From a virus, in IMG/VR virus record IMGVR_UViG_3300021964_000024, positions 1 through 64,000 of that record: a DNA stretch of 64,000 nucleotides; one strand, given 5' to 3'. The position numbers were made by a program, and so were the translations under genes. Below are positions 39,023-47,835 of the stretch, piece by piece. Each line of letters opens with the position of its first letter. Within the stretch, counting starts at the first letter, position 1. Under the pieces are notes generated by a model. It searched no databases. It had not been told where the DNA came from and saw only the letters and a list, made by a program, of their open reading frames with translations.

Positions 39023-39327
39023 GACTCACACCGATACTCCACTAAATTTTCGACTCGAAACGATCTCCAGTCGTTGACCTCAAGATCAAACAGAACAACG
39101 ATGGTTTCGTTCTGTTCACGTTTGTCTTCGGTCTTAGGATGTTTCTCTTCAGGGATTATATCAAACTTACGAGTCCCACGCATATTGCGTAAGTCTCCGT
39201 TGACTTTCTTAAACTGAAGATCTACGATCCCGTCTTGGAGTGCTTCAAGAATTCCTTGCCTCTTCGATTCTAGCGACTTCGCCTTCATCATCTCCGGAGT
39301 CATCTCCGAGTCCATCACTTGTTCCAT
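39013..39327 (-). CDS. WYL_2/SH3-like domain protein
   Basis: FKKVNGDLRNMRGT...FDLEVNDWRSFR. Confidence 0.75.
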   Translation of the reverse strand: MEQVMDSEMTPEMMKAKSLESKRQGILEALQDGIVDLQFKKVNGDLRNMRGTRKFDIIPEEKHPKTEDKREQNETIVVLFDLEVNDWRSFRVENLVEYRCESWV

Positions 39328-39565
39328 TATCTTCTCCTTTAGCTTGAGCATCTGCATGAAGTTCTTTGACCCACTGGTCACCCTCATCGTAGTAGACGAT
39401 CATACGCTCATTCGCAATGATCAACTCTTCGATATTCTTCAATTCCTCTTCCGGAGCCTTATCCTTCATTCGTTCTTGAATGTAGATAATGTTCTGGACA
39501 TAGGTATCTTTCAGAACCGCCTTAGTCTTTTCTAAAGCTTCTTGAAATTCTTTTTCGGTGTACAT
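39245..39565 (-). CDS. Hypothetical protein
   Basis: GAGG SD upstream; acidic helical ORF. Confidence 0.6.
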   Translation of the reverse strand: MYTEKEFQEALEKTKAVLKDTYVQNIIYIQERMKDKAPEEELKNIEELIIANERMIVYYDEGDQWVKELHADAQAKGEDNGTSDGLGDDSGDDEGEVARIEEARNS

Positions 39566-39685
39566 AAACTATCCTCAATTTGTTGGAGTTCTTTCTCCAA
39601 TTCAATGTTAAGACGCTTCTGTCTTCGTTTTGCATTAGATTTCTCTACCGCACTACGAATCATTTGAAATCGCAATCTTTTATCC

Positions 39686-39714
39686 ATTATATATGATTAT
39701 CCTTAACTTGTCAA
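39686..39714 (-). promoter_or_regulatory. Consensus sigma70 (early) promoter TTGACA-17-TATAAT
   Basis: -35 at 39709-39714, -10 at 39686-39691. Confidence 0.8.
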
Positions 39715-39924
39715 GTACTCGTGTACTTTATTTTCAAAATCCTTAACAGAGAATGACTGCAGAGCAATTTTCTCAAGATCTCGTGCGAGATCCATGTTAG
39801 GGGTATAGTGGACTCCACTCAATCGAAACTTTTTCAGATTCTCATAGAGTGCAGATTCCATTCCTTCATCACCCTCGAAGGGTGCGTGTCCTGCATACGC
39901 AAGATCATAACCAAGTCTACTCAT
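39703..39924 (-). CDS. Hypothetical protein
   Basis: ATGA-coupled to the denV-like gene. Confidence 0.55.
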   Translation of the reverse strand: MSRLGYDLAYAGHAPFEGDEGMESALYENLKKFRLSGVHYTPNMDLARDLEKIALQSFSVKDFENKVHEYLTS

Positions 39925-40445
39925 GATGCTTCCTTAAACCATGATGGGGGTTGACGTTTAGTCCACTTCATTTCAAAACGAGACTGTTTAGTCTGGTAGA
40001 AGTTCCGGTAGGACGCAACCGGATCTCCTTCAACAATACACTCAGGGTAATCCTTGAATGCAAGTTTGAAAGGGGTGATAGTACCCATCGGAATGTTCAC
40101 GGGTGGAACACACAGACGTGCACGGAACTTTTCTTCAGACTTGTGTACCTTACCATATCGGTAGGTATACTCTTCGCACAATGCAATCCAGTGTGCATAA
40201 TGCCAGTTGTAGTTACCCATGGACTCCATAGTCCACAAGGTAGATGGGTGTCGAGGATGTGCGATCTTGTACAGATCTTCGTTACCTTCGTCACCGTCTA
40301 AAATTCTATGTGCAGTACACAACATCTGGCAAGACTCCAACGGCATCTTGACCACGTGCTTATCGCATTGCGATACTGCAGACTCGACTGCTTCAGGGAA
40401 CGGGTTCTTGCGTTCCGGATCATACTCAATTGCGAAGATGTTCAT
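39921..40445 (-). CDS. denV: Pyrimidine-dimer DNA glycosylase (DenV-family)
   Basis: MNIF...CDKHVVKMPLESCQMLCTAHR, HPRHPSTLW, LCEEYTYRYGKVH. Confidence 0.75.
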   Translation of the reverse strand: MNIFAIEYDPERKNPFPEAVESAVSQCDKHVVKMPLESCQMLCTAHRILDGDEGNEDLYKIAHPRHPSTLWTMESMGNYNWHYAHWIALCEEYTYRYGKVHKSEEKFRARLCVPPVNIPMGTITPFKLAFKDYPECIVEGDPVASYRNFYQTKQSRFEMKWTKRQPPSWFKEAS

Positions 40446-40591
40446 TGTCCGATCCTATTTTTTAGTTTCTCTATATTGTCGTAGGCTTCCTCAAGAGCAG
40501 ATACCATGTAAGAAACATCTTCAGGTCTTAACTGACCGCCATTCACCACATGATGATAAAAACGTCTTGCTTGTGCTAGCACTTCACTCAT
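40442..40591 (-). CDS. Small hypothetical protein
   Basis: MSEVLAQARR..., preceded by a GGAG SD. Confidence 0.5.
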   Translation of the reverse strand: MSEVLAQARRFYHHVVNGGQLRPEDVSYMVSALEEAYDNIEKLKNRIGQ

Positions 40592-40727
40592 CTCTCTCCC
40601 CTTTATGTTTTTTGTATCCATCTTTGTCCCGCTTCTTACGATCAACGTGAGTAGCGGGACGGTTGAACTTATTCAAGTTCTTTGCGACAGGGTTACTCCT
40701 CTTCGGAGTTTTTGGTGTATTTGCCAT
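40584..40727 (-). CDS. Small basic protein (NPVAKNLNKFNRPATHVDRKK)
   Basis: Hand-translated 47 aa; motif is common in small phage proteins. Confidence 0.6.
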   Translation of the reverse strand: MANTPKTPKRSNPVAKNLNKFNRPATHVDRKKRDKDGYKKHKGERDE

Positions 40728-41067
40728 GGAACGTCTTACCAAACATTCGGTAAGCCTCCTTCTCTTTGACTACGTAGACTTCCTTGAGTCTACCATTCTG
40801 ACCAACCTGAACGATAGTATCCATATCCACGATACCGTCACGCAACATCATGTTGAGCATCAGGTCATACTTTAGACCAAAGTCAGACTTCATGAGTTCA
40901 CCGACAGTAAACTTCTTCTTCTCACGTTTGATCTCTTTGTCGATCACAGGTTTCTCACCCAATGCATGTGCAACACGCATATCACATGTCAGATCCATAC
41001 CCATGAACATACTACGTTCACCAGTAGAACCATAGACAACGTTAACAGTTTGACGTGTACCAATCAT
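40693..41067 (-). CDS. Hypothetical protein
   Basis: AAGGAG SD upstream. Confidence 0.6.
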   Translation of the reverse strand: MIGTRQTVNVVYGSTGERSMFMGMDLTCDMRVAHALGEKPVIDKEIKREKKKFTVGELMKSDFGLKYDLMLNMMLRDGIVDMDTIVQVGQNGRLKEVYVVKEKEAYRMFGKTFHGKYTKNSEEE

Positions 41068-41069
41068 AA

Positions 41070-41231
41070 TTACTCCTTACCAAATTGAAATTGCTCAGTC
41101 CAAGCGATAAACACGTTCATCGCCTCGACCTTGCTCATATTAAAAACATCCATCAAGACTCGTGGTGCACCAAACATGTTGATGTCACCAGACTCCCGTA
41201 GATCATCCAAAAATTCAAAGTAGGTCTCCAT
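41070..41231 (-). CDS. Small protein with an LRESGxxNMFGA motif
   Basis: Hand-translated 53 aa METYFEFLDDLRESGDINMFGAPRVL... Confidence 0.7.
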   Translation of the reverse strand: METYFEFLDDLRESGDINMFGAPRVLMDVFNMSKVEAMNVFIAWTEQFQFGKE

Positions 41232-41524
41232 TAGACCTTTCCTCCATAACCAAGTTCACGCATTGCCTTCACAGGACTAGATGCTTTTTCCAACGCAACG
41301 TATTCTTCAACAGAAACGTTCTTGACAAGGAAGTTGACCCATGCCTTCCAAGGTTTGTACTTACCGTACTTGAACCTTGCGATAAACTCAGGTTTGGGTT
41401 TACCGACCCAAGATGGGTGGCAGTCTGGGTGAACATCTTCCATGTTCCTAGAGTTCTCGTGGGCACCTCTGTACATCAAGTACATACCGTCCCAAACAAA
41501 CTCTTCTTTAATAAATGCAGTCAT
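41231..41524 (-). CDS. Early hypothetical protein
   Basis: First gene behind an early promoter; FIARFKY motif. Confidence 0.7.
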   Translation of the reverse strand: MTAFIKEEFVWDGMYLMYRGAHENSRNMEDVHPDCHPSWVGKPKPEFIARFKYGKYKPWKAWVNFLVKNVSVEEYVALEKASSPVKAMRELGYGGKV

Positions 41525-41555
41525 AATTTATATCCTCACTCTCAATTACGTAGTA

Positions 41556-41629
41556 ATTATAACCCATTTTTAGGATCTTGCCAAGCTTTTTTTGAAAAAA
41601 AGTTCACTTTTTTTAGACTTTTTTGCTAT
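41556..41629 (-). promoter_or_regulatory. Early sigma70 promoter TTGGCA-17-TATAAT with A/T tracts and a conserved upstream box
   Basis: -35 at 41579-41584, -10 at 41556-41561; leader TAATTGAGA..GTGAGG shared with other early promoters. Confidence 0.8.
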
Positions 41630-41776
41630 TAGAATCCTTGATTCTATTACCATAATAGTCGTGAGTACCCTCTTTCATACCCTTTCTGCGGAACTTTTTG
41701 TCCTCATCTACGACTATCGAAGACATAACCGCAATCCATCCCGCAATACCGATAACAATTGCATCTCTCAGAAATT

Positions 41777-41956
41777 CTAGTAGTTCCATCCAAATTCCCT
41801 CTGTGCAGTTGCGATCATATCTTTAACCCAAGATGACGGGGTGCCGGGTATCCTGGCCTCGACCTCTTTGATGATGGCTTCCTCAGAGAAACCCTCATAT
41901 ACCATAGGATCGACAATATCCTGCAGATCCATAACATAACTTCCAATTTTACTCAT
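41777..41956 (-). CDS. Small early protein (59 aa, MSKIGSYVMDLQD...)
   Basis: GAGGAG SD; own promoter. Confidence 0.65.
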   Translation of the reverse strand: MSKIGSYVMDLQDIVDPMVYEGFSEEAIIKEVEARIPGTPSSWVKDMIATAQREFGWNY

Positions 41957-41968
41957 AATAGTCTCCTC

Positions 41969-42021
41969 ACTGATCTTAGATCAGTATATCAGAATTTTGG
42001 GAGGTTGTCAACATATAAATA
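41969..42021. promoter_or_regulatory. Divergent control region: leftward sigma70 promoter with a palindrome; rightward late TATAAATA
   Basis: TTGACA 42006-42011, TATACT 41983-41988, ACTGATCT-T-AGATCAGT 41969-41985; TATAAATA (+) 42014-42021. Confidence 0.75.
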
Positions 42022-42050
42022 AAAGAAAATTGAACAAAAAGGGTATAAAT

Positions 42051-42314
42051 ATGAGTGACGATCTATTTGATTTTGGTTTCTCCTTTGCGGATGAATCAGA
42101 AATAGAAGCAGTCCAACAGGCAACCCAAAAGGTTGAAACTGTATCGACAGATGCCCAGTCTACTCAAGAGAGACTGGACAGACTATTCAATGCGATACAA
42201 CCCCTGTTGAACAACTTAAAACAGAATCCTGAAAAGGAATATATTTTGTGGCCAAACCGACTAGATAAGATAGAACAGTTTGAAGACCACATACAAAACA
42301 TCTATCAAGGGTAA
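42051..42314 (+). CDS. Late hypothetical protein, conserved T4-like
   Basis: FDFGFSF...PLLNNLKQNPEKEYILWPNR. Confidence 0.7.
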   Translation: MSDDLFDFGFSFADESEIEAVQQATQKVETVSTDAQSTQERLDRLFNAIQPLLNNLKQNPEKEYILWPNRLDKIEQFEDHIQNIYQG

Positions 42315-42317
42315 TCC

Positions 42318-43190
42318 ATGAATTACAGACAGCGCAACGAGTTGATCGTAACCACACCCAGATCTCCTACGGATACTTCGATTGGGAAGTACATCCATAA
42401 AGAAAAGAAGCAAACTGAGTGGGGAAGACTTAACTACACTATTGGTGGTGAAGTCAGACAGAATGATCTAGTCTTGAGATGGAAAGATTTTTGGTCACAT
42501 ACAGTCAATGATGTGTTCAACTACTGTCCTATGTTCCTCAACTATTTGGCGATCAAAGGATACAAGAAGATACTCTTCGTTGGTCACTATAACGCTGCTC
42601 AGACTACATGGACTATCAACCGCAAGATGGACAGGGTAGTACACAAAACTCCAAGTTATCATTCTTTGGATGAGACTATGGTTGACCCTAACATCTGGTT
42701 ACAGTTTCTACCTATTGTCCGTATGGCATATGGGTACATCGATTTCGAAATGCATACAGTGTCTCCTCCGGAATCACGTCACCGTAAAGTCATGAATGCA
42801 CTGTACAAGAGATATGACGTTGATCTAGTGAATTCGGACAAGCAGTACAAGAAAGGTAGAGATGTTCAAATCACAACGCCACCTGATACCCAATATGATT
42901 GTGTAGTACTAGCAGGTGTTCCTAAAGATAGAGATGACTTAGATATCTCTCATCATCACATTCGTTCTGCATTTGCAGGAGTCTGTACTTCAGATTTTGA
43001 TATCGTGGATTTCTACTATAGTGCTCTTCCGTTACAGACTGGTGTATCAGAAGACAACGCCTATTACTTGAATGAAGTGTTTGCGTTGCGTAATGTATGG
43101 GATCAGAGATTCAGAGATGAAAACCCTGAAGACAAGGCAATCCAGTACGCAATTCTAAACGATTCGATTCACTGTTATAAGGGAAGTTAA
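42318..43190 (+). CDS. Hypothetical protein (possible Rossmann-like fold)
   Basis: 290 aa ORF; KKILFVGH and YDCVVLAGVP segments. Confidence 0.6.
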   Translation: MNYRQRNELIVTTPRSPTDTSIGKYIHKEKKQTEWGRLNYTIGGEVRQNDLVLRWKDFWSHTVNDVFNYCPMFLNYLAIKGYKKILFVGHYNAAQTTWTINRKMDRVVHKTPSYHSLDETMVDPNIWLQFLPIVRMAYGYIDFEMHTVSPPESRHRKVMNALYKRYDVDLVNSDKQYKKGRDVQITTPPDTQYDCVVLAGVPKDRDDLDISHHHIRSAFAGVCTSDFDIVDFYYSALPLQTGVSEDNAYYLNEVFALRNVWDQRFRDENPEDKAIQYAILNDSIHCYKGS

Positions 43191-44059
43191 TTCCACTCTA
43201 CGTTCTTAGGTACGTAGTCTTTAATTTTGCGTCTTATCTCTTTATCGAGCGACAGAATCGGAGTAGGTTGTTTTCCTGCTCGTTTGACGTAGAAGTAGTT
43301 TGCGTCCTTAACATAGGAACCACCCTTACCAGACTTAACTAGAGTTGCGTCAACACCAACCTTATTGAATGCAAACACGATGTCTCCGTCGATGTACTTC
43401 TTGAGTTTCTTACCCATGTTGATGATGTCACCCATCGTATTAGCGGCACCACGGTGAGTGTTGATTAGAATCTCTGACGGTACAGTACGTGCACGTTTTG
43501 CATTTTGTTGTTTCGCAACTTCGATGTCGTTAACTACCCATACGATGTGAACGTTCTTTTTATCGTAACCCAACTTAGCGGCATCCTTTGCGATCTTGTC
43601 AAGTTTGTCCAGTGACTTCAGAGTCATGTCAAATATGATGTTCGGTTTACGATCTGGATCTGCGGCAAGGACACCACGATAGAACGCACGTTCTTTTCTC
43701 TTATCGACCCCCAAGTAGTTACCCATGATGTCATGGAGTTTCTCTACGTTCTTGGGATCTTTAAGGTTCTGTGCAAGGTCTTCGATATCAACACCAAGTT
43801 CATCTGCTACACGCTTCTTGATAGCAGGAGTCTTTGATGCCAACGTTTTGAGTTCGTCAACATCAAAGACTTTACCTTCTAGTCCTACTAGATTGGACAA
43901 TACAAATCCTTTCCCAGATCCCGCACCCCCTGCCATGAGTACGATGTTTCCAAACTTAGGATACGCCTCGCCACCAAAGGTGATGAGTTTCTCCATAAGG
44001 ATATTGAATTCCTCTTGTAGAAAGAGGTCTTCTTTTAAAAATGAGTTAAAGGACTGCAT
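43187..44059 (-). CDS. Zeta-toxin/AAA_33-like P-loop kinase with a capsid-targeting-like N-terminus
   Basis: LMAGGAGSGKG, DVDE, IIFDMT, NAKRARTVP; begins MQSFNSFLKE; late promoter. Confidence 0.75.
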   Translation of the reverse strand: MQSFNSFLKEDLFLQEEFNILMEKLITFGGEAYPKFGNIVLMAGGAGSGKGFVLSNLVGLEGKVFDVDELKTLASKTPAIKKRVADELGVDIEDLAQNLKDPKNVEKLHDIMGNYLGVDKRKERAFYRGVLAADPDRKPNIIFDMTLKSLDKLDKIAKDAAKLGYDKKNVHIVWVVNDIEVAKQQNAKRARTVPSEILINTHRGAANTMGDIINMGKKLKKYIDGDIVFAFNKVGVDATLVKSGKGGSYVKDANYFYVKRAGKQPTPILSLDKEIRRKIKDYVPKNVEWN

Positions 44060-44092
44060 GTGTCAGTATAGATCCTGTTAGGTTAATAACAG

Positions 44093-44100
44093 TATTTATA
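44093..44100 (-). promoter_or_regulatory. T4-type late promoter TATAAATA
   Basis: Exact consensus 34 nt upstream of the kinase start. Confidence 0.85.
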
Positions 44101-44251
44101 CAAATAAGGCTACTAAGATAATGCATCCCATGATAATCATTACATTTGGATAGACTGACCAACAGTGTTTGAAGTCTTTCCATGTCTCTTGACCAAACCT
44201 TTTTAAGTCAGTACCTAATCCGGCAAAAGATTCTTTTATTTGTTTTTTCAT
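44096..44251 (-). CDS. Small membrane protein (51 aa)
   Basis: Hand-translated; C-terminal hydrophobic helix. Confidence 0.55.
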   Translation of the reverse strand: MKKQIKESFAGLGTDLKRFGQETWKDFKHCWSVYPNVMIIMGCIILVALFV

Positions 44252-44880
44252 TTTTTATCCTTTACTATTATTGTTACGTTATCTCCGATAGGAAACTTGA
44301 TCCTATCATGACTATGATATAAGAAGAATTTAGTGTCACTGAACTCATCAAACATCTTAGGCCAGATCGGTCTCCAATTATTTGCTAATCGGTGAGTGTT
44401 CTGTGGACTCCTGTCTGATGCTAGTAGTAGATCTGTGTAACTACGTAGCGTAGTATCAAACATTGAGTCAAATCCATAGATGTGCACTTCACTCGCTTTT
44501 TGCACTCTACATGCATAGTCAACCGCCATGTGACCGCAACTGTAGTTTGTTGCAGCTTGTCTTGCCGACTGTCCCGGCAACTGTGCATACGCAGGTATAT
44601 GTGTATGCATAGCTTTAATTTTCTGGGCGTACTTCAGATAAAACATTGGTTGCATATCCATCCAGTGTCTAGGACGGGTTCCAAGTATCCAATCGTACAT
44701 GTCCAATTTGATCATACCTTCAGCAAGTGCCATCATCATTTTGAAATCAACCATACAGGTTGCAAACACTTCTGTGTTAGGTATATCAAAAGGTGGCATG
44801 TTGCATATCAACAACCTGCCTGGCGATCCCCTCTCAAATTGGTGGGCATGATCACCGTTTCCAAGAACATTCCATCTCAT
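44248..44880 (-). CDS. Sialyltransferase/MAF-like (GT29/DUF115-type) fold protein
   Basis: VLGNG...ICN, SCGHMAVDYA, VHIYGFD. Confidence 0.5.
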   Translation of the reverse strand: MRWNVLGNGDHAHQFERGSPGRLLICNMPPFDIPNTEVFATCMVDFKMMMALAEGMIKLDMYDWILGTRPRHWMDMQPMFYLKYAQKIKAMHTHIPAYAQLPGQSARQAATNYSCGHMAVDYACRVQKASEVHIYGFDSMFDTTLRSYTDLLLASDRSPQNTHRLANNWRPIWPKMFDEFSDTKFFLYHSHDRIKFPIGDNVTIIVKDKK

Positions 44881-44895
44881 TGTAAAAGCACCCTA

Positions 44896-45378
44896 CTATC
44901 GGTTCCGCATCATATGTAACGCTTTCTCGTAATCTTCCTGCGTCACGACACCCTCTTGAAGTAACTTCTGACGATTCCTCATATGCTTACCAACAAGTTC
45001 GTCTTTAGATCCACCAAAGTAAGGTACTGCATGTCCCTCTTCAATAAGGACTTCAGTGACTTTCTTTCCGTCCGGTAGACGGAAGTCACCAAGGATACGA
45101 CCAAACTTACCTTTCATATCTTCACCATGTTTGTCTTCGGTGGTGATAAGTTTAGCACCTGATTCCATTAGTTCCTTGAGACGTTTCTTTGCCGCCTCAC
45201 CAAATAAGTCTTCTACTCTGTCACTGGTGCGTGACTCCGGAGTATCAATACCAACAATTCTGACTCGCTCATCAGTGAGTACAACATTGAATCCTAAGTC
45301 AATGTCTACGTCCACTGTGTCACCGTCTACTACTTTAATGACCGTAACGTCATACTCGTTTGAGACAATACGTCTCAT
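44896..45378 (-). CDS. Thermonuclease (SNase) family nuclease
   Basis: VVDGDTVDV, RIVGIDTPE, GKFGRILG. Confidence 0.9.
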   Translation of the reverse strand: MRRIVSNEYDVTVIKVVDGDTVDVDIDLGFNVVLTDERVRIVGIDTPESRTSDRVEDLFGEAAKKRLKELMESGAKLITTEDKHGEDMKGKFGRILGDFRLPDGKKVTEVLIEEGHAVPYFGGSKDELVGKHMRNRQKLLQEGVVTQEDYEKALHMMRNR

Positions 45379-45518
45379 AATCTTACCCTCTTTTCTAGTG
45401 TTTCGATCATACGATCTTTATTCTTCTGCCACGCCTCTTGTGTGCGGGTTCCTTTCTCAAAGAACTGTGATTCCTTGAGTCTCTCTAACGCAGACTCACG
45501 TCTACGCTTCTTCGCCAT
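45375..45518 (-). CDS. Small basic protein
   Basis: GAGGAG SD then MAKKRRRESALERL. Confidence 0.55.
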   Translation of the reverse strand: MAKKRRRESALERLKESQFFEKGTRTQEAWQKNKDRMIETLEKRVRL

Positions 45519-45526
45519 TGCTCCTC

Positions 45527-45727
45527 TCATTCGAAGTGCTTCTCCAATACAAACAGTTGATCTTCCCACTCTGCAATTGAGTGAAGTTCTTTTTGAACCG
45601 CTTCCATTACATCGGGATGTTCTCCGATACCTGCAGGGTTCTTTAGATACACTTCCACGTTTACCTTGTGTAGTGCAATCTGTCCTTCTGCATACTGACG
45701 TAGTGCAGCTAACATTTTAGTCCTCAT
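45527..45727 (-). CDS. Hypothetical protein, conserved T4-like
   Basis: YLKNPAGIGEHPD motif. Confidence 0.7.
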   Translation of the reverse strand: MRTKMLAALRQYAEGQIALHKVNVEVYLKNPAGIGEHPDVMEAVQKELHSIAEWEDQLFVLEKHFE

Positions 45728-46148
45728 TACCTTCTTCCTTGACTGGTTCTTCTTCCTCGTTGGTGTTGATAGTGCGGTAGTACACCACCACTTCTTTCAA
45801 CTGAGTTATATATCTACGAATTTCTTGCATGTTATATGCCATGAGTTCGTAGTCACCTACTGACATCGCCATAAAAACCAACTGTCCCTCATGACGTTTC
45901 TGGATATCTTCCATGAAAGTATCCACGTTCTTGTCCGATACAACATACCACTGAGGATCACGTAGTTTGATACCACGAGGCATTGCGGGATGTGTAATCG
46001 GTATCTGTACTTCTACAGTACGGATCTCTACTGGAATTGGTGCAGGTGGTTCCTTCTTACCAAAGAAGGGAATACCCATAGTGGAACAACCACTAATCGT
46101 CAATAGCATCAATGTCAGCAGTATCTTGTTCGATAGTTCTGAAAACAT
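45717..46148 (-). CDS. Outer-membrane lipoprotein, o-spanin (Rz1-like)
   Basis: Lipobox ISGC, Pro-rich linker, overlaps the 3' end of the i-spanin. Confidence 0.7.
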   Translation of the reverse strand: MFSELSNKILLTLMLLTISGCSTMGIPFFGKKEPPAPIPVEIRTVEVQIPITHPAMPRGIKLRDPQWYVVSDKNVDTFMEDIQKRHEGQLVFMAMSVGDYELMAYNMQEIRRYITQLKEVVVYYRTINTNEEEEPVKEEGNED

Positions 46149-46497
46149 CCTTAGTCCCCTTGTTTACTCGTGTTTCAATTAACCCCGGCTTTGCAGCAGC
46201 AAGTTTAGATAAGTTGTGTCTCGCAAAGATAGAGAGGTATCGATTCATCTCACCTTCGATCTCAGCGTTACGTGCAGACTGTGTTTGCAGTGCTTCGGTA
46301 GTCTTTTTCAGGTTACCCTGAAGTGCTTCGATAGTCCTTACCTGCTCTTCCTGTCTGGTTTCAAATGCAGTAATAACCCCTGCTTGGGTTTGTAATTGTG
46401 CTTGCATATCTGCCATCTTGGATTCGGTTGTCTGGAAATAAATGTATCCAACACCCGCACCCGCAACGATAAATGCAAACAGTAGTTTACTCAACAT
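46093..46497 (-). CDS. i-spanin (Rz-like)
   Basis: N-terminal TM helix followed by a coiled coil, AKPGLIE. Confidence 0.7.
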   Translation of the reverse strand: MLSKLLFAFIVAGAGVGYIYFQTTESKMADMQAQLQTQAGVITAFETRQEEQVRTIEALQGNLKKTTEALQTQSARNAEIEGEMNRYLSIFARHNLSKLAAAKPGLIETRVNKGTKDVFRTIEQDTADIDAIDD

Positions 46498-47188
46498 CGT
46501 GCCAATTCTCCTTTATATATTTTAAGTTACCCAGATCGTGTGGTTTTGGTCTTCCACCACAATCGACAATTTTACATTTAGGAGTAACGTAAGAGGGAAA
46601 CTTCCATTGTCCTAGTACCTTACTACTTAGGTGAAACTTTAAGTTCAGTTTCACACTGGGAAACGTCTCATCTATGTAAAACACTTTCTTACCCAAACGT
46701 TCAATCAAGTGTCCGGTGTACACCTGATCCCCACCATCATATCCAAACTGAGGGTTGTTAACAAACATGTCCCACACGTCTTGCATCTTACCCTTCTCTA
46801 AAATCATCATTGACGAAGAGTATTTATTATTTTTCCACATTATGGCATCGGAAACACACGCAACATCGTATCCACTTTTTAGTTGTTGGATCGAATAGTC
46901 TATCTCCTCATCAAAGTTACGTTGTAAAACGTTGTCGATGTCTAAGTATACCACATACTGTTGCGGAATGTCAAGGTCATATGCCTTCATCTTATTCCAC
47001 CATCCATATCCTTTACCAAAAGGTGGTTGGATAGGAGCACTGAGGTTACTCAGTTCGCCAGGCCGATCAGTAATACAATATGAAAAGACGTTGTATTCTG
47101 TCAGATCCACAAACCTTTTTACGATCTTGTTCGCATACTCCATGGGGTAATTGTCTGTGCAGACTGTAAGTAATGCAATCTCTTTCAT
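46487..47188 (-). CDS. GT-A (GT8-like) glycosyltransferase
   Basis: CITD, GWWNKM, YLDID, SSSMM, GGDQ, GRPKPH. Confidence 0.8.
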   Translation of the reverse strand: MKEIALLTVCTDNYPMEYANKIVKRFVDLTEYNVFSYCITDRPGELSNLSAPIQPPFGKGYGWWNKMKAYDLDIPQQYVVYLDIDNVLQRNFDEEIDYSIQQLKSGYDVACVSDAIMWKNNKYSSSMMILEKGKMQDVWDMFVNNPQFGYDGGDQVYTGHLIERLGKKVFYIDETFPSVKLNLKFHLSSKVLGQWKFPSYVTPKCKIVDCGGRPKPHDLGNLKYIKENWHDVE

Positions 47189-47835
47189 ACCACCACCAAC
47201 TCAATACCTTTCTCGTAGTTATGTTTTGCAACACATCCTCTCTCGTATTGAATCGTAGTGAACGAGTCATCTGCCTTTGCAACCCATGGATAACACTCTT
47301 GCAACCAAGGGAAGTTTAAAACGTTCAGGTAGATATCAGTAGGACGTGAATAATGTTCGATCTTGTTCAGTAACTCTTGTGCACCTTTTGGTTTTACGAT
47401 GTACGCATGTGCACCCTTGAAATAGTCTGCCTGCGTCAAAGGATTGACACCAAGAGTCATAGGGGTGTTGTACTTACCGTAACTGGGTTGTCCGATTGTA
47501 AGACACCTATCAAATGACAGGGGTGGAAGACGATCAAAGAAAACAGTATCATGTTCAAGGATCATCACATTCTCGTTGTTCTGAACACTATAGTTCCAAA
47601 GGGATTTGTGCGATAGGAAACACGCTAGCGCATTGTCTGCTCTAGAGTATTGACTCTCAAACATGTGACGTTGTAGTTTGGCGTTATCACACTGCAGTGC
47701 GAAATCCGAATCTCTGGGTGTAGTCGCTTTCCATTTATCTACGTGAATTCCGTACCTCTTCGCAGAAGTGATACACCTGTCTGCCGCACGTTGAGAAAGA
47801 TCGTTGTCAAAAATAGTAATTACAAAACTTTTCAT
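47185..47835 (-). CDS. GT25-like glycosyltransferase
   Basis: ACFLSH..LW, ILEHD, GAHAYIVKPKGA. Confidence 0.8.
   Translation of the reverse strand: MKSFVITIFDNDLSQRAADRCITSAKRYGIHVDKWKATTPRDSDFALQCDNAKLQRHMFESQYSRADNALACFLSHKSLWNYSVQNNENVMILEHDTVFFDRLPPLSFDRCLTIGQPSYGKYNTPMTLGVNPLTQADYFKGAHAYIVKPKGAQELLNKIEHYSRPTDIYLNVLNFPWLQECYPWVAKADDSFTTIQYERGCVAKHNYEKGIELVVV

Noticed and set aside
42044-42051. Second late promoter for the 42051 gene
   Set aside because: This TATAAATA overlaps the ATG itself, so it cannot produce that gene's mRNA; the copy at 42014-42021 fits.
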